The notes under the pieces: model-generated
What the model was told of the DNA's origin: nothing
Databases searched by the model: none
What the model saw: only the letters and a program-made list of their open reading frames with translations
Position numbers and translations under genes: made by a program
Assembly: GCA_011605725.1 (NCBI GenBank)
Contig: JAAOZP010000012.1
Coordinates: forward strand, 64,001-128,000
Reading direction: 5' to 3'
DNA length: 64,000 bases
Origin: Nitrososphaerota archaeon
GTDB lineage: Archaea; Thermoproteota; EX4484-205; JAAOZP01
Shown: piece by piece, positions 8,871-19,874 of the stretch
Position numbering within the stretch: position 1 is the stretch's first letter
Layout: every line of letters begins with the position of its first letter

Positions 8871-10577
8871 TCATTCTGTTTGAGAAAGAGCAGTCATCAG
8901 CTGTTGCCTAATCTCGTTAAACTTCGAAACGTTTTTCTCGTAGTCGGTTATGGTTCTGACGAGCTGGTCTGCTAGCTCCCTGGCCTTAACGGGGTTTTGT
9001 TCCTCCAGCATCTTGAGCAGTTCGTAGTCCTGAACCCCTAGTCTTAAAACTTCAAGCCTTATGGAGCTCAATGGGCCTTCTCTTCCAGGGTATATTATGA
9101 AAGCGTCGCCAGGAGGCAGGTTGTTAGGCTCCACGTTTTTAAACGGGTTTTCAGACCAGTAGTTTAGTCCCCAGTGAAGATAGCCTGAAAGATTATACTT
9201 GAAGTTTATCCAGTGCAGGATCCTGACTTTTATTAACGGATAGTCGATGAACCTGTTCGGATACTTTCCAGTTGGAGCAAGACAGGTATAGAACCATACT
9301 TCTTCTCCAGCTGCTTTTCTCTGATTGTAAAAAGCTTGATTCTCATCAAACTGGTTTAACAATGGGACCCAGACGTCTAAGGCTCCGACAAGCTCTTCAG
9401 TAGCCTGGTTCGCTTCAATTATCCTTATTTTCGGCGCCAGCTTCCTAACGTAGCCGGCGAGTATTCTATAGCTTTCTGAACTTGCAGGAATCGGTTCGTC
9501 GGCTAAATGCTGCATGTAGATATTGATCCACCCTTTTTCCTCCAGATGCTTCTGTAATTGAGGAAGGAATTTGGAGAGGAAGCAGTAGTACTCTTTTGAA
9601 GTTATGTCCATGGAAGGCACCTTATAGGCTAGGGATCCATCCGCTCTGTAAACCATTGTTTCGTAAGAGTAGAACTCCTTTGCTTCCCATTCTTTCCTGT
9701 AGGCAAGATGCCCTCCTTCAATTCTTCCAACCACGCCTTCTTCGATGAAAAGCTCAACCCAGCGATCAAAGTTTGAAAAATCGCATTCAATAGTTCCGTT
9801 TGAGGCTTCTATGAATTTTATTAATTGGAGGATTGGAGTTATAATTATGTTTTGACGATACTTAGAAAGAAACTTAGCATAGTTTCTAATCAACTTCCAA
9901 TATTCCTCATCTCGTGACTTTATGTTATAATAATCAAAGAGCTTGTAATCTCCAAACCAATTTGTTATCCACAACGTTCTTCTTGAAGTGAGTATAACAG
10001 GATAAACCTTTAAAGTAATTTGAATCGAAGCATTTGACTTTTCTGAGATCACATAAATCTCTCCCGTGTAGTTTCCTGGGGGTGCTTCTGGTGGGACGAA
10101 AATAGTAACCCAAACTGGTTGAGTTTCTCCGGATTTCAGATCAATATACTCAACATTCAACAGTGGGTCCGGAAAATCCAATGGGGGTGAACGTACTACT
10201 CGCACCAATTCCTCAGGAGGAGTAGCTGGCGTATTCTTACTAACCGGAACGAATCCAACAAAGTTCGCAGAAAAATTCATCTTAAATCCATCCGGACCCT
10301 CAAGGAATCCAGTTTTAAGATGAACCTTTAGATCTTCTCTTCCTACGGTTATGGCGAATTGCGCTGCAGCATACTCATTTCTTACAGCCTCGACATACAA
10401 AGAAGTTTTTCCACTCGGCTTTGTATCTTTAAAGATCTTTTCAAGCGGATCTGCAGCCCAAACTAAGAATTCCCCCTCTATTTGATATTCCTCCTTCATT
10501 TGATTAATCGATAATAGTGAAACTAGACATAAAAATATTGCTGAAACTGTCAGTATAATAATCTTCAGTTTTCTCAT
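8871..10577 (-). CDS. Secreted or membrane-anchored DUF4091 (GH123-like) glycoside hydrolase
   Basis: N-terminal TM/signal, ADEP motif, WFYTC..P.G.YPNRFID, GYLHWG, PPGDAFIIYPG..SSIRLE.LR.G.QDYE. Confidence 0.75.
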   Translation of the reverse strand: MRKLKIIILTVSAIFLCLVSLLSINQMKEEYQIEGEFLVWAADPLEKIFKDTKPSGKTSLYVEAVRNEYAAAQFAITVGREDLKVHLKTGFLEGPDGFKMNFSANFVGFVPVSKNTPATPPEELVRVVRSPPLDFPDPLLNVEYIDLKSGETQPVWVTIFVPPEAPPGNYTGEIYVISEKSNASIQITLKVYPVILTSRRTLWITNWFGDYKLFDYYNIKSRDEEYWKLIRNYAKFLSKYRQNIIITPILQLIKFIEASNGTIECDFSNFDRWVELFIEEGVVGRIEGGHLAYRKEWEAKEFYSYETMVYRADGSLAYKVPSMDITSKEYYCFLSKFLPQLQKHLEEKGWINIYMQHLADEPIPASSESYRILAGYVRKLAPKIRIIEANQATEELVGALDVWVPLLNQFDENQAFYNQRKAAGEEVWFYTCLAPTGKYPNRFIDYPLIKVRILHWINFKYNLSGYLHWGLNYWSENPFKNVEPNNLPPGDAFIIYPGREGPLSSIRLEVLRLGVQDYELLKMLEEQNPVKARELADQLVRTITDYEKNVSKFNEIRQQLMTALSQTE

Positions 10578-10762
10578 TCTTCTATGTTTGTCAGCAGCCC
10601 ATTCTATTATTAAACTTTTTTACTAATACCCCTAACGCTAACCAGCACATACCGTTCGATTTCAGAACCAATTCTGGTGATTTACCCATAATCGCAATAG
10701 CGTTTAGCGAGCCCTGCGGGAAGACGATTATTCGTAAAGTGGAAGCCGCTGTTCCCGAGGGG

Positions 10763-11728
10763 TTAAACAACAAGCTCCCCCCTCTCCAAGAGGTGTTCTA
10801 TGCATTCCCGGTAAATATCTTCCGTAGTGTAGCGCGGCCGGTAGCCGAGCAGACGTTGGGCCTTCTCTATGCTGACGCAGGGAGAATGAATAACGTGATC
10901 CCTAGTAATGGCAAACGCCTCCTCACCAAGGACATCCGACATTTTCTGCAGCGGGATAAACCTGAGGTTCGGCTTCCTCCCGAAAAGAGACGCTACAAAC
11001 TCGCAGCAGTATGAGAGGGTTACAGCGTAAGGCGCTGCAACGCTGAACGATTCTCCCAAGGCTGCTTTACGGTTTAGGATCGCCAGTTCAAAAACCTGTG
11101 CCACATCATCAGCATGAACATGATGAAGAGTTGCCAGTCCATTATCAGGCAGGTATACAACGTCTCCGCGAGCCAGGCTTCTGTACACATTAACACCGTT
11201 TCTAGTCCCCTGAGGATCTATGGGAAGCCATTTCCTACCGCAAATGTGGCCCGGATGAATCACTGTTGCCGGAAAACCCTCCCTATCGTATTTCTTAAGG
11301 AGGTTGGCTTCAATCATTGCCTTGTTTATACCGTACTCTGTGATAGGCCTTCTGGGATAGTTCTCCCTGTAGGGTACTCGAGTGCTAGGCCCATATGCCC
11401 ATATGGTACCACAATGGATAAAATGGCTTACATGACCCTCAAGGTTCTCAACCATAATCCTGTTCTGCTCAGGAGTAAAACAAATAAGGTCTATCACGAC
11501 ATCAGCCTCAACCTCAGCCATACGCTTCCCCCAGGAGCCGTTCTCCTCCTCCCTAATCCTGTCAGCAAGGATCCATTCAACCTGACTCCACAAGGCTTCG
11601 GTGCCGGCAGAACCATAATATGGCTTAGGGTTTCGCGCCAGAACCTGCACCTCATATCCATGCAACACTAAGCGTGGCACAAGGTAGCTTCCGATATGCC
11701 CGGTTCCACCGATTATTAGGACCTTCAT
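10763..11728 (-). CDS. NAD-dependent epimerase/dehydratase (extended SDR)
   Basis: GGTGHIG, YGINK (YxxxK), HVHADDVA. Confidence 0.85.
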   Translation of the reverse strand: MKVLIIGGTGHIGSYLVPRLVLHGYEVQVLARNPKPYYGSAGTEALWSQVEWILADRIREEENGSWGKRMAEVEADVVIDLICFTPEQNRIMVENLEGHVSHFIHCGTIWAYGPSTRVPYRENYPRRPITEYGINKAMIEANLLKKYDREGFPATVIHPGHICGRKWLPIDPQGTRNGVNVYRSLARGDVVYLPDNGLATLHHVHADDVAQVFELAILNRKAALGESFSVAAPYAVTLSYCCEFVASLFGRKPNLRFIPLQKMSDVLGEEAFAITRDHVIHSPCVSIEKAQRLLGYRPRYTTEDIYRECIEHLLERGELVV

Positions 11729-11806
11729 CCCTAGACCAGCTGTTGATAAAGATCCCCTACATATAAAGATTTATATTTCCTTCCAAGAATTCGCAACAAG
11801 TGTTTA

Positions 11807-13384
11807 ATGAGCGAAAGAGTTGTGATGAGCATCGACCAGGGGACCACGGGCTCCCGAGTCTCACTGTATAAGCATGATGGAACACCTTATCCCAACGGCT
11901 GGTGTTACGTTGAGCATTCGCAATCCTACCCTAAACCCGGCTGGGTTGAACATGATCCTGTTAAAATATGGCTGAACGTTAAGCACTGCATCAGGAACGT
12001 TCTGGATAAGACTGGCGTTAAACCAGGAGAAATTGTTGCGATAGGCGTCACGAATCAGCGTGAAACAGTCGTGGCTTGGAACCCTAAGACAGGAAGGCCT
12101 GTTTCAAACGCCATCGTGTGGCAGGATCGCCGGACAGCTAAGCTGGTTGACTATCTCCGGGAGAACTTTTTAAAAGACATTGTCGAGAAAACCGGTTTGA
12201 TTCCAGATAGCTATTTCTCAAGCACAAAGATATGGTGGATGCTTGAAAACATCAAGGGTCTACGTGAAAAGGCTTTGAAAGGAGAAGTCGTTTTCGGAAC
12301 GGTAGACACATGGATCATATGGAACCTGACGAATGGTTCTCGAGATATTCAAACCCCGGAGTACAAGGGTGCATTCGTAACCGATTACAGCAACGCGTCT
12401 AGAACAATGCTCTTCAATATTCACGGGCTCATGTGGGATGAGGGCCTTGCTGAAATACAGGGTAAAATACCTGTCGAGGCGCTTGCAATACCAAGGCCTA
12501 GTAGTGATAAAGAGGTTTACGGATGGACTGGCCCAGAGGTTTCAAGCCTTTTTGAAGGCTTAAGCAAGCCGGTGACCGGCGACGCTGGAGACCAGCAGGC
12601 TGCTTTACTTGGCCAAGCAGGGTTTGAACCCTACGATGTGAAATGCACCTATGGCACAGGTAACTTCATACTGATGAATACCGCAGGGAACAAGGTGCAC
12701 TCCAAGTCCGGGCTGCTGACCACAATACTCTACAGTGTTGAACCGGGTAAAGCAGTCTATGCTCTCGAGGGAAGCGTTTTCATCACCGGTGCAGCAATCC
12801 AATGGCTTCGCGACGGTTTGAAGATAATCGAGGTCTCGGGGGAAGTGAATCCTCTCGCTGAAGCTGCTGAAGACACAGGCGGTACTTATTTCGTACCGGC
12901 CTTCACAGGGCTTGGAGCACCCTACTGGGATCCGTATGCGAGGGGCATGATTATAGGTTTAACTAGGGGGACAGGCAGGAGGCATATTGCTAGGGCGGTT
13001 TTAGAATCCATCGCATACTTGACTTGCGACGTGGTTGAAGCAATGAGCAACGATACTGGCAGAAGGGTGGAAAAACTTAAAGCAGACGGCGGCGCATCAC
13101 GGAGTGACTTCCTGCTTCAATTCCAGTCTGACATACTTAATGCAACTGTCGTCAGGCCTTTTGTGCAGGAGACAACCAGCCTGGGAGTAGCTTATCTTGC
13201 TGGCCTCGCCGTGGGTTTCTGGAGAAGCATAAGCGAAGCTAGGAAAAACTGGAGGATAGAGAAAGAGTTTTCCCCTAGGATGAGCCGGGAAGTTAGAGAG
13301 AGACTGTATGATGGTTGGAAGGCGGCTGTTAAAAGATCATTAGGATGGGCTATGGAAGTACCTTGGGCCTATGGCTACGAGTAG
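11807..13384 (+). CDS. glpK: Glycerol kinase
   Basis: SIDQGTTGSR, GWVEHDP, TNQRET, WQDRRT, GDQQAAL.GQ, KCTYGTG, FTGLGAPYW. Confidence 0.95.
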   Translation: MSERVVMSIDQGTTGSRVSLYKHDGTPYPNGWCYVEHSQSYPKPGWVEHDPVKIWLNVKHCIRNVLDKTGVKPGEIVAIGVTNQRETVVAWNPKTGRPVSNAIVWQDRRTAKLVDYLRENFLKDIVEKTGLIPDSYFSSTKIWWMLENIKGLREKALKGEVVFGTVDTWIIWNLTNGSRDIQTPEYKGAFVTDYSNASRTMLFNIHGLMWDEGLAEIQGKIPVEALAIPRPSSDKEVYGWTGPEVSSLFEGLSKPVTGDAGDQQAALLGQAGFEPYDVKCTYGTGNFILMNTAGNKVHSKSGLLTTILYSVEPGKAVYALEGSVFITGAAIQWLRDGLKIIEVSGEVNPLAEAAEDTGGTYFVPAFTGLGAPYWDPYARGMIIGLTRGTGRRHIARAVLESIAYLTCDVVEAMSNDTGRRVEKLKADGGASRSDFLLQFQSDILNATVVRPFVQETTSLGVAYLAGLAVGFWRSISEARKNWRIEKEFSPRMSREVRERLYDGWKAAVKRSLGWAMEVPWAYGYE

Positions 13385-13412
13385 ACAGGGATAGGTTAGC
13401 AGGTGGCTCACA

Positions 13413-14924
13413 ATGGTCGGCGAGACCCGTGTCGCGATAATAGGTGCCGGAGTCATAGGGGCCTCTATAGCAAGGGTTTTAAGCAGGTTTGAAAACCTGC
13501 AGGTCTACGTTTTAGACGAGAACTATGATGTCGGCGGGGAAGCGAGCAGGGCGAATTCTTCAGTAATACACCCAGGTCACGAAGAGGATCCTGACAACCA
13601 GCCTTTGCGCGCGAAGCTCTGCACCGAGGGTAATGCTCTCTGGAGAAGATGGTGCATGGAGCTTGAGATCCCTGTGAAATGGGTTGGAGAGCTCATGCTT
13701 TTCGAGAGAAACGAGGATGAGAAGGAGGCTGAAAAATATGTGGAATGGGCTCATAAAAACAACGTGGCAGGCGTAAGGATTCTGCGAGAGGAGGAACTGT
13801 TTGAAATGGACAGCTCCATAAACAGGAATGTTAAAGGAGGTGTTTATGCTCCCACGGCAGGCCTAATTTCTCCTTTTGAAGCCGTCGTGGCCCTAGTGGA
13901 GAACGCTGTGGATAATGGGGTTAGGCTTCTCACGGAGACGCGCGTCAAGAGAATCGTCGTCAGGAACAATGTTGTTGTAGGCGTTGAAACCAGTAAGGGG
14001 CTTATTGAAACAGATATTGTAATCAACGCGGCAGGATTGAATGCTGACGAGGTGTCTCGCTTAGCAGGAGTTGAACCCTGGTTCAGAATAAAGCCTAGGA
14101 AGGGGGAATACATTATTTTCGATAAAGAAGCCGAGCCTAAGCCAAGCCTTGTGCTACACACGATGCCCACACCCATCACTAAAGGAGTTTACGCATCGAC
14201 GACTGTACATGGTAACCTTATGATAGGGCCGACCGCCGAGGACCTTCCTTACGAGAAGAAGAAAGACACGTCTACAAGCCTGGAAGGCTTGGAACACTTG
14301 GTTAAGGAGGCTGGGAGAATACTTTGCAAAGTACCGCCGCGCTCGAGAATCATAAAGTTTTTCGCAGGGTTGAGACCTGAACCACCCGATGGGAAATGGT
14401 TGATAAAAGCCTATTCTCAACCATACGGGTTCATCAACGTCGCAGGCATAAGGTCTCCAGGCTTAACGGCTGCGCCTGCAATAGCAAACCATGTTTTAAG
14501 CCTTATTACGGAGACATATGGGCTTAGACTAGTTGAGAAAAAAGGATGGAGACCATTCAGAAGGCAAATAGCCTGTGTCAGCGAGATGGATTACGACATC
14601 CTTGAAAAGCATATCTCAGAGAATCCGGATTACGGTGAGATAATCTGCTTCTGCAACAATGTTTCTAGGGCAGAGGTTTCAGAAGCCATTGAAAGAATGC
14701 GGAGGATCGGTGTGAAGACCATTACTTTCGACGGAGTGAAGCTTAGGACTACCGCAGGATTCGGAAAATGCCAGGCTTCAAGATGCAAGATACGGATGGC
14801 CCTTTTAATATCTGAGGCAACAGGAACACCTCTCTGCAACATCATCATGAAGAAGTCGAGCATCGGGGTTGGAGGAGTCAAGACACTTTGGACCCAGAAC
14901 AAGGAGAGTATGAAGAATGATTGA
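13413..14924 (+). CDS. FAD-dependent glycerol-3-phosphate dehydrogenase subunit with C-terminal BFD-like Fe-S domain
   Basis: GAGVIG, SRANSSVIH, PRKGEY, AGLRP, GIRSPGLTAAPAIA, ICFC..GKCQASRC; adjacent to glpK. Confidence 0.85.
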   Translation: MVGETRVAIIGAGVIGASIARVLSRFENLQVYVLDENYDVGGEASRANSSVIHPGHEEDPDNQPLRAKLCTEGNALWRRWCMELEIPVKWVGELMLFERNEDEKEAEKYVEWAHKNNVAGVRILREEELFEMDSSINRNVKGGVYAPTAGLISPFEAVVALVENAVDNGVRLLTETRVKRIVVRNNVVVGVETSKGLIETDIVINAAGLNADEVSRLAGVEPWFRIKPRKGEYIIFDKEAEPKPSLVLHTMPTPITKGVYASTTVHGNLMIGPTAEDLPYEKKKDTSTSLEGLEHLVKEAGRILCKVPPRSRIIKFFAGLRPEPPDGKWLIKAYSQPYGFINVAGIRSPGLTAAPAIANHVLSLITETYGLRLVEKKGWRPFRRQIACVSEMDYDILEKHISENPDYGEIICFCNNVSRAEVSEAIERMRRIGVKTITFDGVKLRTTAGFGKCQASRCKIRMALLISEATGTPLCNIIMKKSSIGVGGVKTLWTQNKESMKND

Positions 14925-16167
14925 GCAGAAGTATGACGTTATCATCATAGGTGGAGGCCCAGCCGGATTATCAGCTGCAGCCAAGGCTGTTGAAAACGGC
15001 TTGAAAACCCTGCTGCTTGAAAACAGGGAAATGCTGGGCGGCATCCCGTTTCAATGCGTTCACACAGGCTTCGGAATTCATTGTTTTAAGGAAGACTTAA
15101 CCGGCGGCGAGTTTATTGCTAGACTCATAGATAGGGCGGTTGAAAAAGGCGTGGAAACCATGGTTAAAACACATGTTTTAAAGATTCAAGTCTACTCAGC
15201 GCTGGAGAAGACTGTTTACGCAGCCAGTCCAAAAGGCTTTTTAAAAATCCAGGCTAAAGCAATAATTTACGCTGCCGGTGCGCGTGAGAGACACCAGTAT
15301 GAGATTGGCCTAGCTGGGGATAGGCCTGACGGTGTTTACACGGCTGGCGAGGCCCAGGCCTTAATGGATGTTTACGGCGTCCTACCGGGTAAGAAGATAG
15401 TTATCATAGGCTCTGGAGACGTGGGACTCATAATGGCGAGAAGGCTTGCAATGGAGAGGGCTGAGGTTAAGGCTGTGATAGAAGTTTTACCATATCCAGG
15501 TGGCTTAACGCGAAACATCGTTCAGTGTTTAAACGATTTCAACATTCCGCTTTACCTGAGCCACATGGTTCGCGAGGTTAAGGGGAGTGAAAGGGTTGAA
15601 AAAGTAATTGTAACAAGGGTTGGTGAAGACATGAAGCCGGACGGTAGCTTTGAATTCGAGCTTGAATGCGACACAGTCATTGTTTCAGCCGGGTTAAAGC
15701 CAGATGTTGATATTCTCGAGAAGATTGGTGTTGAAACTGATCCTGCAACCGGGGGACCGGTTGTGAACGAGTTTTACGAAACCAGTGTGCCACTTGTCTT
15801 CACAGCGGGTAACGCGCTTGTCGTAAACGATCTTGTAGACTACGACGTGGAGCAGGGTGAGGCTGCAGCAACCCATGCTTTAAAACTCCTGGGAGACTAC
15901 CTATCTCCACGGTTAGAATGGAGGCGGGTCGAAAGGGGGAGGAACATAAGGCTCATAGTGCCTCAGCTAGTAAGCGGCTCTAAGGACGTCGTGTTTTACA
16001 GTAGGGTTCAGTATCCTGAAGACAATGTGCGGCTCACAATTCGGGAGACAGGGTTTGAAAAAAGGTTTTTCAAGGTTAAGCCAGCGGAGATGATTAGAAT
16101 CATGATTCCGGCTGAAGAGCTGGCTAAAGCTCGTAGGGGAAAGATCACTTTCGAGGTGGTTCGATGA
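14917..16167 (+). CDS. FAD/NAD(P)-dependent oxidoreductase (partner subunit of G3P dehydrogenase)
   Basis: GGGPAG, GGIPFQCVH.GFG, GSGDVGLIMARR, GGLTRNIVQCL. Confidence 0.82.
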   Translation: MIEQKYDVIIIGGGPAGLSAAAKAVENGLKTLLLENREMLGGIPFQCVHTGFGIHCFKEDLTGGEFIARLIDRAVEKGVETMVKTHVLKIQVYSALEKTVYAASPKGFLKIQAKAIIYAAGARERHQYEIGLAGDRPDGVYTAGEAQALMDVYGVLPGKKIVIIGSGDVGLIMARRLAMERAEVKAVIEVLPYPGGLTRNIVQCLNDFNIPLYLSHMVREVKGSERVEKVIVTRVGEDMKPDGSFEFELECDTVIVSAGLKPDVDILEKIGVETDPATGGPVVNEFYETSVPLVFTAGNALVVNDLVDYDVEQGEAAATHALKLLGDYLSPRLEWRRVERGRNIRLIVPQLVSGSKDVVFYSRVQYPEDNVRLTIRETGFEKRFFKVKPAEMIRIMIPAEELAKARRGKITFEVVR

Positions 16168-16541
16168 GTAGAATCGTAGAATATACTTGCATAATCTGCC
16201 CTTCCGGATGCTTGTTGAGAGTTGAAGCAGAAGAAAACCGTGTGGTGAAGGTAGAGGGCGCGGGTTGTCCAAGGGGCGTTGAATACGCTAAGCAGGAGTT
16301 TTCAGACCCAATGAGAATTGTTTTTACGGTGGTTAGAGTGAGAAACGGAGAGCTGCCTACAGTTTCCGTGAAGACAACTAGACCGATACCTAAGAATAAG
16401 GTTTTCAACCTTATGAAGATGCTCGCGTCAATAGAGCTTGAGGCCCCGGTTGAGATAGGGGAGATTATAGTTGGCGACGCGTATGGCGCCGAAGTGGTTG
16501 CTACTAGAAGAGTGGGAAGACGAGAACCTGTAGCCGGTTGA
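16164..16541 (+). CDS. DUF1667 family CxxCPxGC metal-binding protein
   Basis: TCIICPSGC, GAGCPRG..YA..E..DP.R, VSVKT..PIPK; typical last gene of this glycerol operon. Confidence 0.8.
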   Translation: MSRIVEYTCIICPSGCLLRVEAEENRVVKVEGAGCPRGVEYAKQEFSDPMRIVFTVVRVRNGELPTVSVKTTRPIPKNKVFNLMKMLASIELEAPVEIGEIIVGDAYGAEVVATRRVGRREPVAG

Positions 16542-16593
16542 CATACTAGGCTTAACAGTTTAAACAATAAGGCTTATTAGGAAAACGAACAGG

Positions 16594-17706
16594 TTGCCCC
16601 CTATGGATTTGGATGAAGCTTTAAAGAGGATTTTCGAAGAAGCTGGAAAGCTTATACGCAAATGCTTGTTGAAGGCTTCAGACGGGACAACTCTTTTCAG
16701 GCCAGACGGTGGAGGAAACTATAACGCGCTCTGGACAAGAGACTTCTGCTACATGCTTGAAGGTCTTCCAAACCTTATTCCGCACGACGATGCTGTCAAA
16801 GCCTATCTCTACATACTTAACCGTCAGAGGAGGGACGGGGCTATTCCAGATAGAGTTGACCCTGATGGGAAACCATATTACAATGTTTTAGGCTCAAGCC
16901 CTCCAACTGATAATCCCCAGTTCGCTGTCAAAATAGCGTGGAAAATATGGCGTGCTTATGGAGATGTCCACCCCTTCATCCTAACTGCCGACAGGCTTGA
17001 GAAAGCCTTAAGCTCACTTCCGTTGAGCAAGGAGGCTGATTTAATCTGGATCAGCCCCGGCAGCCCGCATTCATCCTACGGTTTTACAGACTGCGTTGCT
17101 AAAACCGGTGAAGAACTTTTTTCATCACTACTCCTTTACGAGGCGCATGTTAAAATGGCGGAGCTCTATGGTGCTGCGGGAAGAATAGAGGAGGCGAGGA
17201 TGCATGAGGCTAAAGCGGTAAGAGTAAAAAGCTCGCTGGGAAAACTGTGGTCTGGGGAAGGCTATTTCTTCGCAGCCTCCGTAGACTGTAGGCAACCTGA
17301 CGTATGGGGGTCAGCCTATTCCGTATGGGTAGAGGCGGTTGACAGCAGGAGAGCCCTGGAGATTTCAAAGTGGCTTTCAAACAGCTTCGAAAAGACAGTT
17401 AAATGGGGGCAGGTTAGGCATTTGCCTGAGCCCTTTGTCTGGGAGAAAACCCTCACGGAAATCAAGCCCGGCACCTATCAAAACGGGGCCTATTGGGGGA
17501 CGGCAGCAGGATGGGTTGCCCACGCTATATCGCTTACCAATCGTCAACTGGCTGAGCGAATGTTGATAGACCTGATTGAATTCTGCGAGGCAGAAGGGAA
17601 AGCGTGGGAATGTGTCAACCTGGATTACAGGAAGTGCCCGGACTACGTGGCTACTTTAGCCTGTCCCTCAGCAATAATTGAGAAGCTTAGGAATGACCGG
17701 ATGTAG
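16594..17706 (+). CDS. (alpha/alpha)6-barrel glycoside hydrolase-like protein
   Basis: YNALWTRDF, DGAIPD, YGFTD, YQNGAYW, WEC; six-hairpin glycosidase-type motifs. Confidence 0.65.
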   Translation: MPPMDLDEALKRIFEEAGKLIRKCLLKASDGTTLFRPDGGGNYNALWTRDFCYMLEGLPNLIPHDDAVKAYLYILNRQRRDGAIPDRVDPDGKPYYNVLGSSPPTDNPQFAVKIAWKIWRAYGDVHPFILTADRLEKALSSLPLSKEADLIWISPGSPHSSYGFTDCVAKTGEELFSSLLLYEAHVKMAELYGAAGRIEEARMHEAKAVRVKSSLGKLWSGEGYFFAASVDCRQPDVWGSAYSVWVEAVDSRRALEISKWLSNSFEKTVKWGQVRHLPEPFVWEKTLTEIKPGTYQNGAYWGTAAGWVAHAISLTNRQLAERMLIDLIEFCEAEGKAWECVNLDYRKCPDYVATLACPSAIIEKLRNDRM

Positions 17707-17724
17707 ACATGGGGGCGACTATTC

Positions 17725-18798
17725 ATGGAGCCGCGTGAAAGGGTTTACAGTGTTCTTAAAGGAAGAATGCCCGACAAGATCCCTTGGCTAATATATTCAA
17801 ACCATCTTCCGAGAGGAAGCTTTGAACGTAGGATGAGAGAAATGGGGCTTGGACTTGATGAAAGATGCAGCATATACAGAGTATCCATGCCGAACGTCAA
17901 GATAGAGAGCAGAACAGTGGGCGACTACGTTTACACTATTTACCGTACTCCGGTTGGTGAGCTGAAATCAACTACACGAATCGGAATGAGGTTTCAGTTT
18001 CCAGGCGGCTCGTGGACTGTTGAGCATCCTGTGAAAAACGCGAGCGACATCAATGCTTTAATGTTCATGATAGAGGACACGGTCTACGAGCCGGATTACG
18101 AGAACTATGTCAGGATCAGGGAAGAACTTGAGGGAGACGGGATTGTCACTGTTTGGGCTGACTACACGCCTCTTATGAAGATAATCATCAGATACATGGG
18201 TTTCAAAAACTTTTCAATCATGTATCGGAGAAACAGGGAGGTAATTGAGGAGCTGGTGGAAGCTCTGGATAAGAGTTTTCTAAAAATGTATAGGATAATA
18301 GCCGACTCGCCTGCTGAGATAGTTAGGATCGGTGATAACATTGACTCGATGCTCATATCTCCAAGCCTCTTCGAGAAATACTGTTTACCATACTACAATA
18401 AGTATGTTGACATTCTTCACGAGAAAGGCAAGATTGTTATTTCACATATGGACGGTAGGCTTAAAGCACTTAAAAACCTCATCGGAGAAACAAGGCTGGA
18501 CGCTATAGAGGCTTTCACACCCCCGCCTGGAGGAGACCTTTCCCCGAAGGAGGCTAGGGAAGCCTGGAGAAATAAAGTGGTTTGGATGAATTTTCCCGAG
18601 GAAGTGTTTCTGAGAACACCGGAAGAAATAAGGAGCTTCACATTAAGACTACTGGAGGAAATTGCTCCTGGAAAAGGCTTTGTAATAAGTGTTACTGAAG
18701 ATGCTCATCCAGACCACTATAGAAAAGGGATTGAAACAGTTACTGAAACACTTTACAAACACGGCGGCCTGCCGATAAAACCACCGCTAACCAGGTGA
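17725..18798 (+). CDS. Uroporphyrinogen decarboxylase / MtaA-like TIM-barrel family protein
   Basis: PRERV..VLKG..PDKIP, GDN....ISP.LFEKY..PYY, HMDG, AFTPPP.GD. Confidence 0.75.
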   Translation: MEPRERVYSVLKGRMPDKIPWLIYSNHLPRGSFERRMREMGLGLDERCSIYRVSMPNVKIESRTVGDYVYTIYRTPVGELKSTTRIGMRFQFPGGSWTVEHPVKNASDINALMFMIEDTVYEPDYENYVRIREELEGDGIVTVWADYTPLMKIIIRYMGFKNFSIMYRRNREVIEELVEALDKSFLKMYRIIADSPAEIVRIGDNIDSMLISPSLFEKYCLPYYNKYVDILHEKGKIVISHMDGRLKALKNLIGETRLDAIEAFTPPPGGDLSPKEAREAWRNKVVWMNFPEEVFLRTPEEIRSFTLRLLEEIAPGKGFVISVTEDAHPDHYRKGIETVTETLYKHGGLPIKPPLTR

Positions 18799-18973
18799 CT
18801 AGAAGCCTAAGACTTGAAAAACTTTTTGTCAAAGCCGTTTTTAAAGCGAAGTTTGCTTGAAAAATACACCCGACTCATACGTGTCTAGCCCGGCTTACCC
18901 CTATGGGCAGAAACAGGACTACGGTAACCAAAAAGTTAAAATATTTTCAGTATTCTCGTGTGGATGAGGAGAA

Positions 18974-19729
18974 ATGGGAATAGCGTTGCAGCTCTACTCA
19001 GTACGCGAAGACTGCGCTAAGGATTTTGAGGGAACTCTTAAGGCAGTTGCAGAAATGGGTTACGAGGGGGTTGAGTTCGCAGGATATTACGAGAGAAGCG
19101 CTGAAAGCCTTAGAGCAATCCTTGACGATCTTGGTTTAAAAGTTGCTGGAACACATATAAGTATAGATACTCTGCTCGGCGAAAAGCTTGGTAAGACTGT
19201 TGAGTTTAACCGTGTCTTGGAGAACAAGTTTCTAATAGTTCCAGGCCTGCCTGCTGAAATGCTGAGTTCGAAAAAAAGTTGTCTTGAGACAGCCAATCTT
19301 TTCAACGAAATCGCTAGAAAGCTCAGGAAGGAAGGGATGAGGGTCGGCTATCACAACCATATGATGGAGTTCAAAACTGTTAACGGTGAGAGAATATGGG
19401 ACTTGTTCTTCGGCTCCACCATCCCCGAGGTAGTGATGCAGCTCGACACGGGGAACGCGATGCATGGAGGAGTTGATGCAGAGGGCATTTTGGAGATAAT
19501 TCGGAAATACCCAGGCAGGGCATTAACCGTGCACGTTAAAGAGTATTCCTCTAAAAATCCAAAGGCAGTGGTTGGAGAAGGAGAAATGAAGTGGCGTGAA
19601 TTCTTCGAGCTGTGTAAAACAACGGGTGGAACCGAATGGTATATTGTTGAGCAGGAGAGCTACGCCTATCCGCCTCTAGAATGCGTGAAGCGCTGCCTGG
19701 AGAACCTTAGAAGAATGAGGCTCGTGTAA
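18974..19729 (+). CDS. Sugar phosphate isomerase/epimerase (AP endonuclease 2 TIM barrel)
   Basis: LQLYSVR, GVEFAG, YHNH..EF, QLDTG, HVKE, VEQE. Confidence 0.85.
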   Translation: MGIALQLYSVREDCAKDFEGTLKAVAEMGYEGVEFAGYYERSAESLRAILDDLGLKVAGTHISIDTLLGEKLGKTVEFNRVLENKFLIVPGLPAEMLSSKKSCLETANLFNEIARKLRKEGMRVGYHNHMMEFKTVNGERIWDLFFGSTIPEVVMQLDTGNAMHGGVDAEGILEIIRKYPGRALTVHVKEYSSKNPKAVVGEGEMKWREFFELCKTTGGTEWYIVEQESYAYPPLECVKRCLENLRRMRLV

Positions 19730-19874
19730 GACTGTCTTAGATACCAGTTTTCAAATCATTTTTAAAAGACTAAATCAACCGTCTTAGTATATTAAAAGAA
19801 ACAATTAAAATGCTAAAATTTAAAAAGACACGATTAACTTAAAACCTTAGAAAATTGGAAGGAGGAGTGAACAG

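Noticed and set aside
13605-13613. Short GCGCGC runs inside intact genes (about 1840, 13606, 21558, 48146, 58767)
   Set aside because: They are shorter, lack the A(GC)4+ form, lie in uninterrupted coding frames, and are explained by Ala/Arg codons.
11807-16541. Glycerol operon as a novelty
   Set aside because: It matches a well-known glpK + G3P dehydrogenase + oxidoreductase + DUF1667 arrangement in anaerobic archaea and bacteria.
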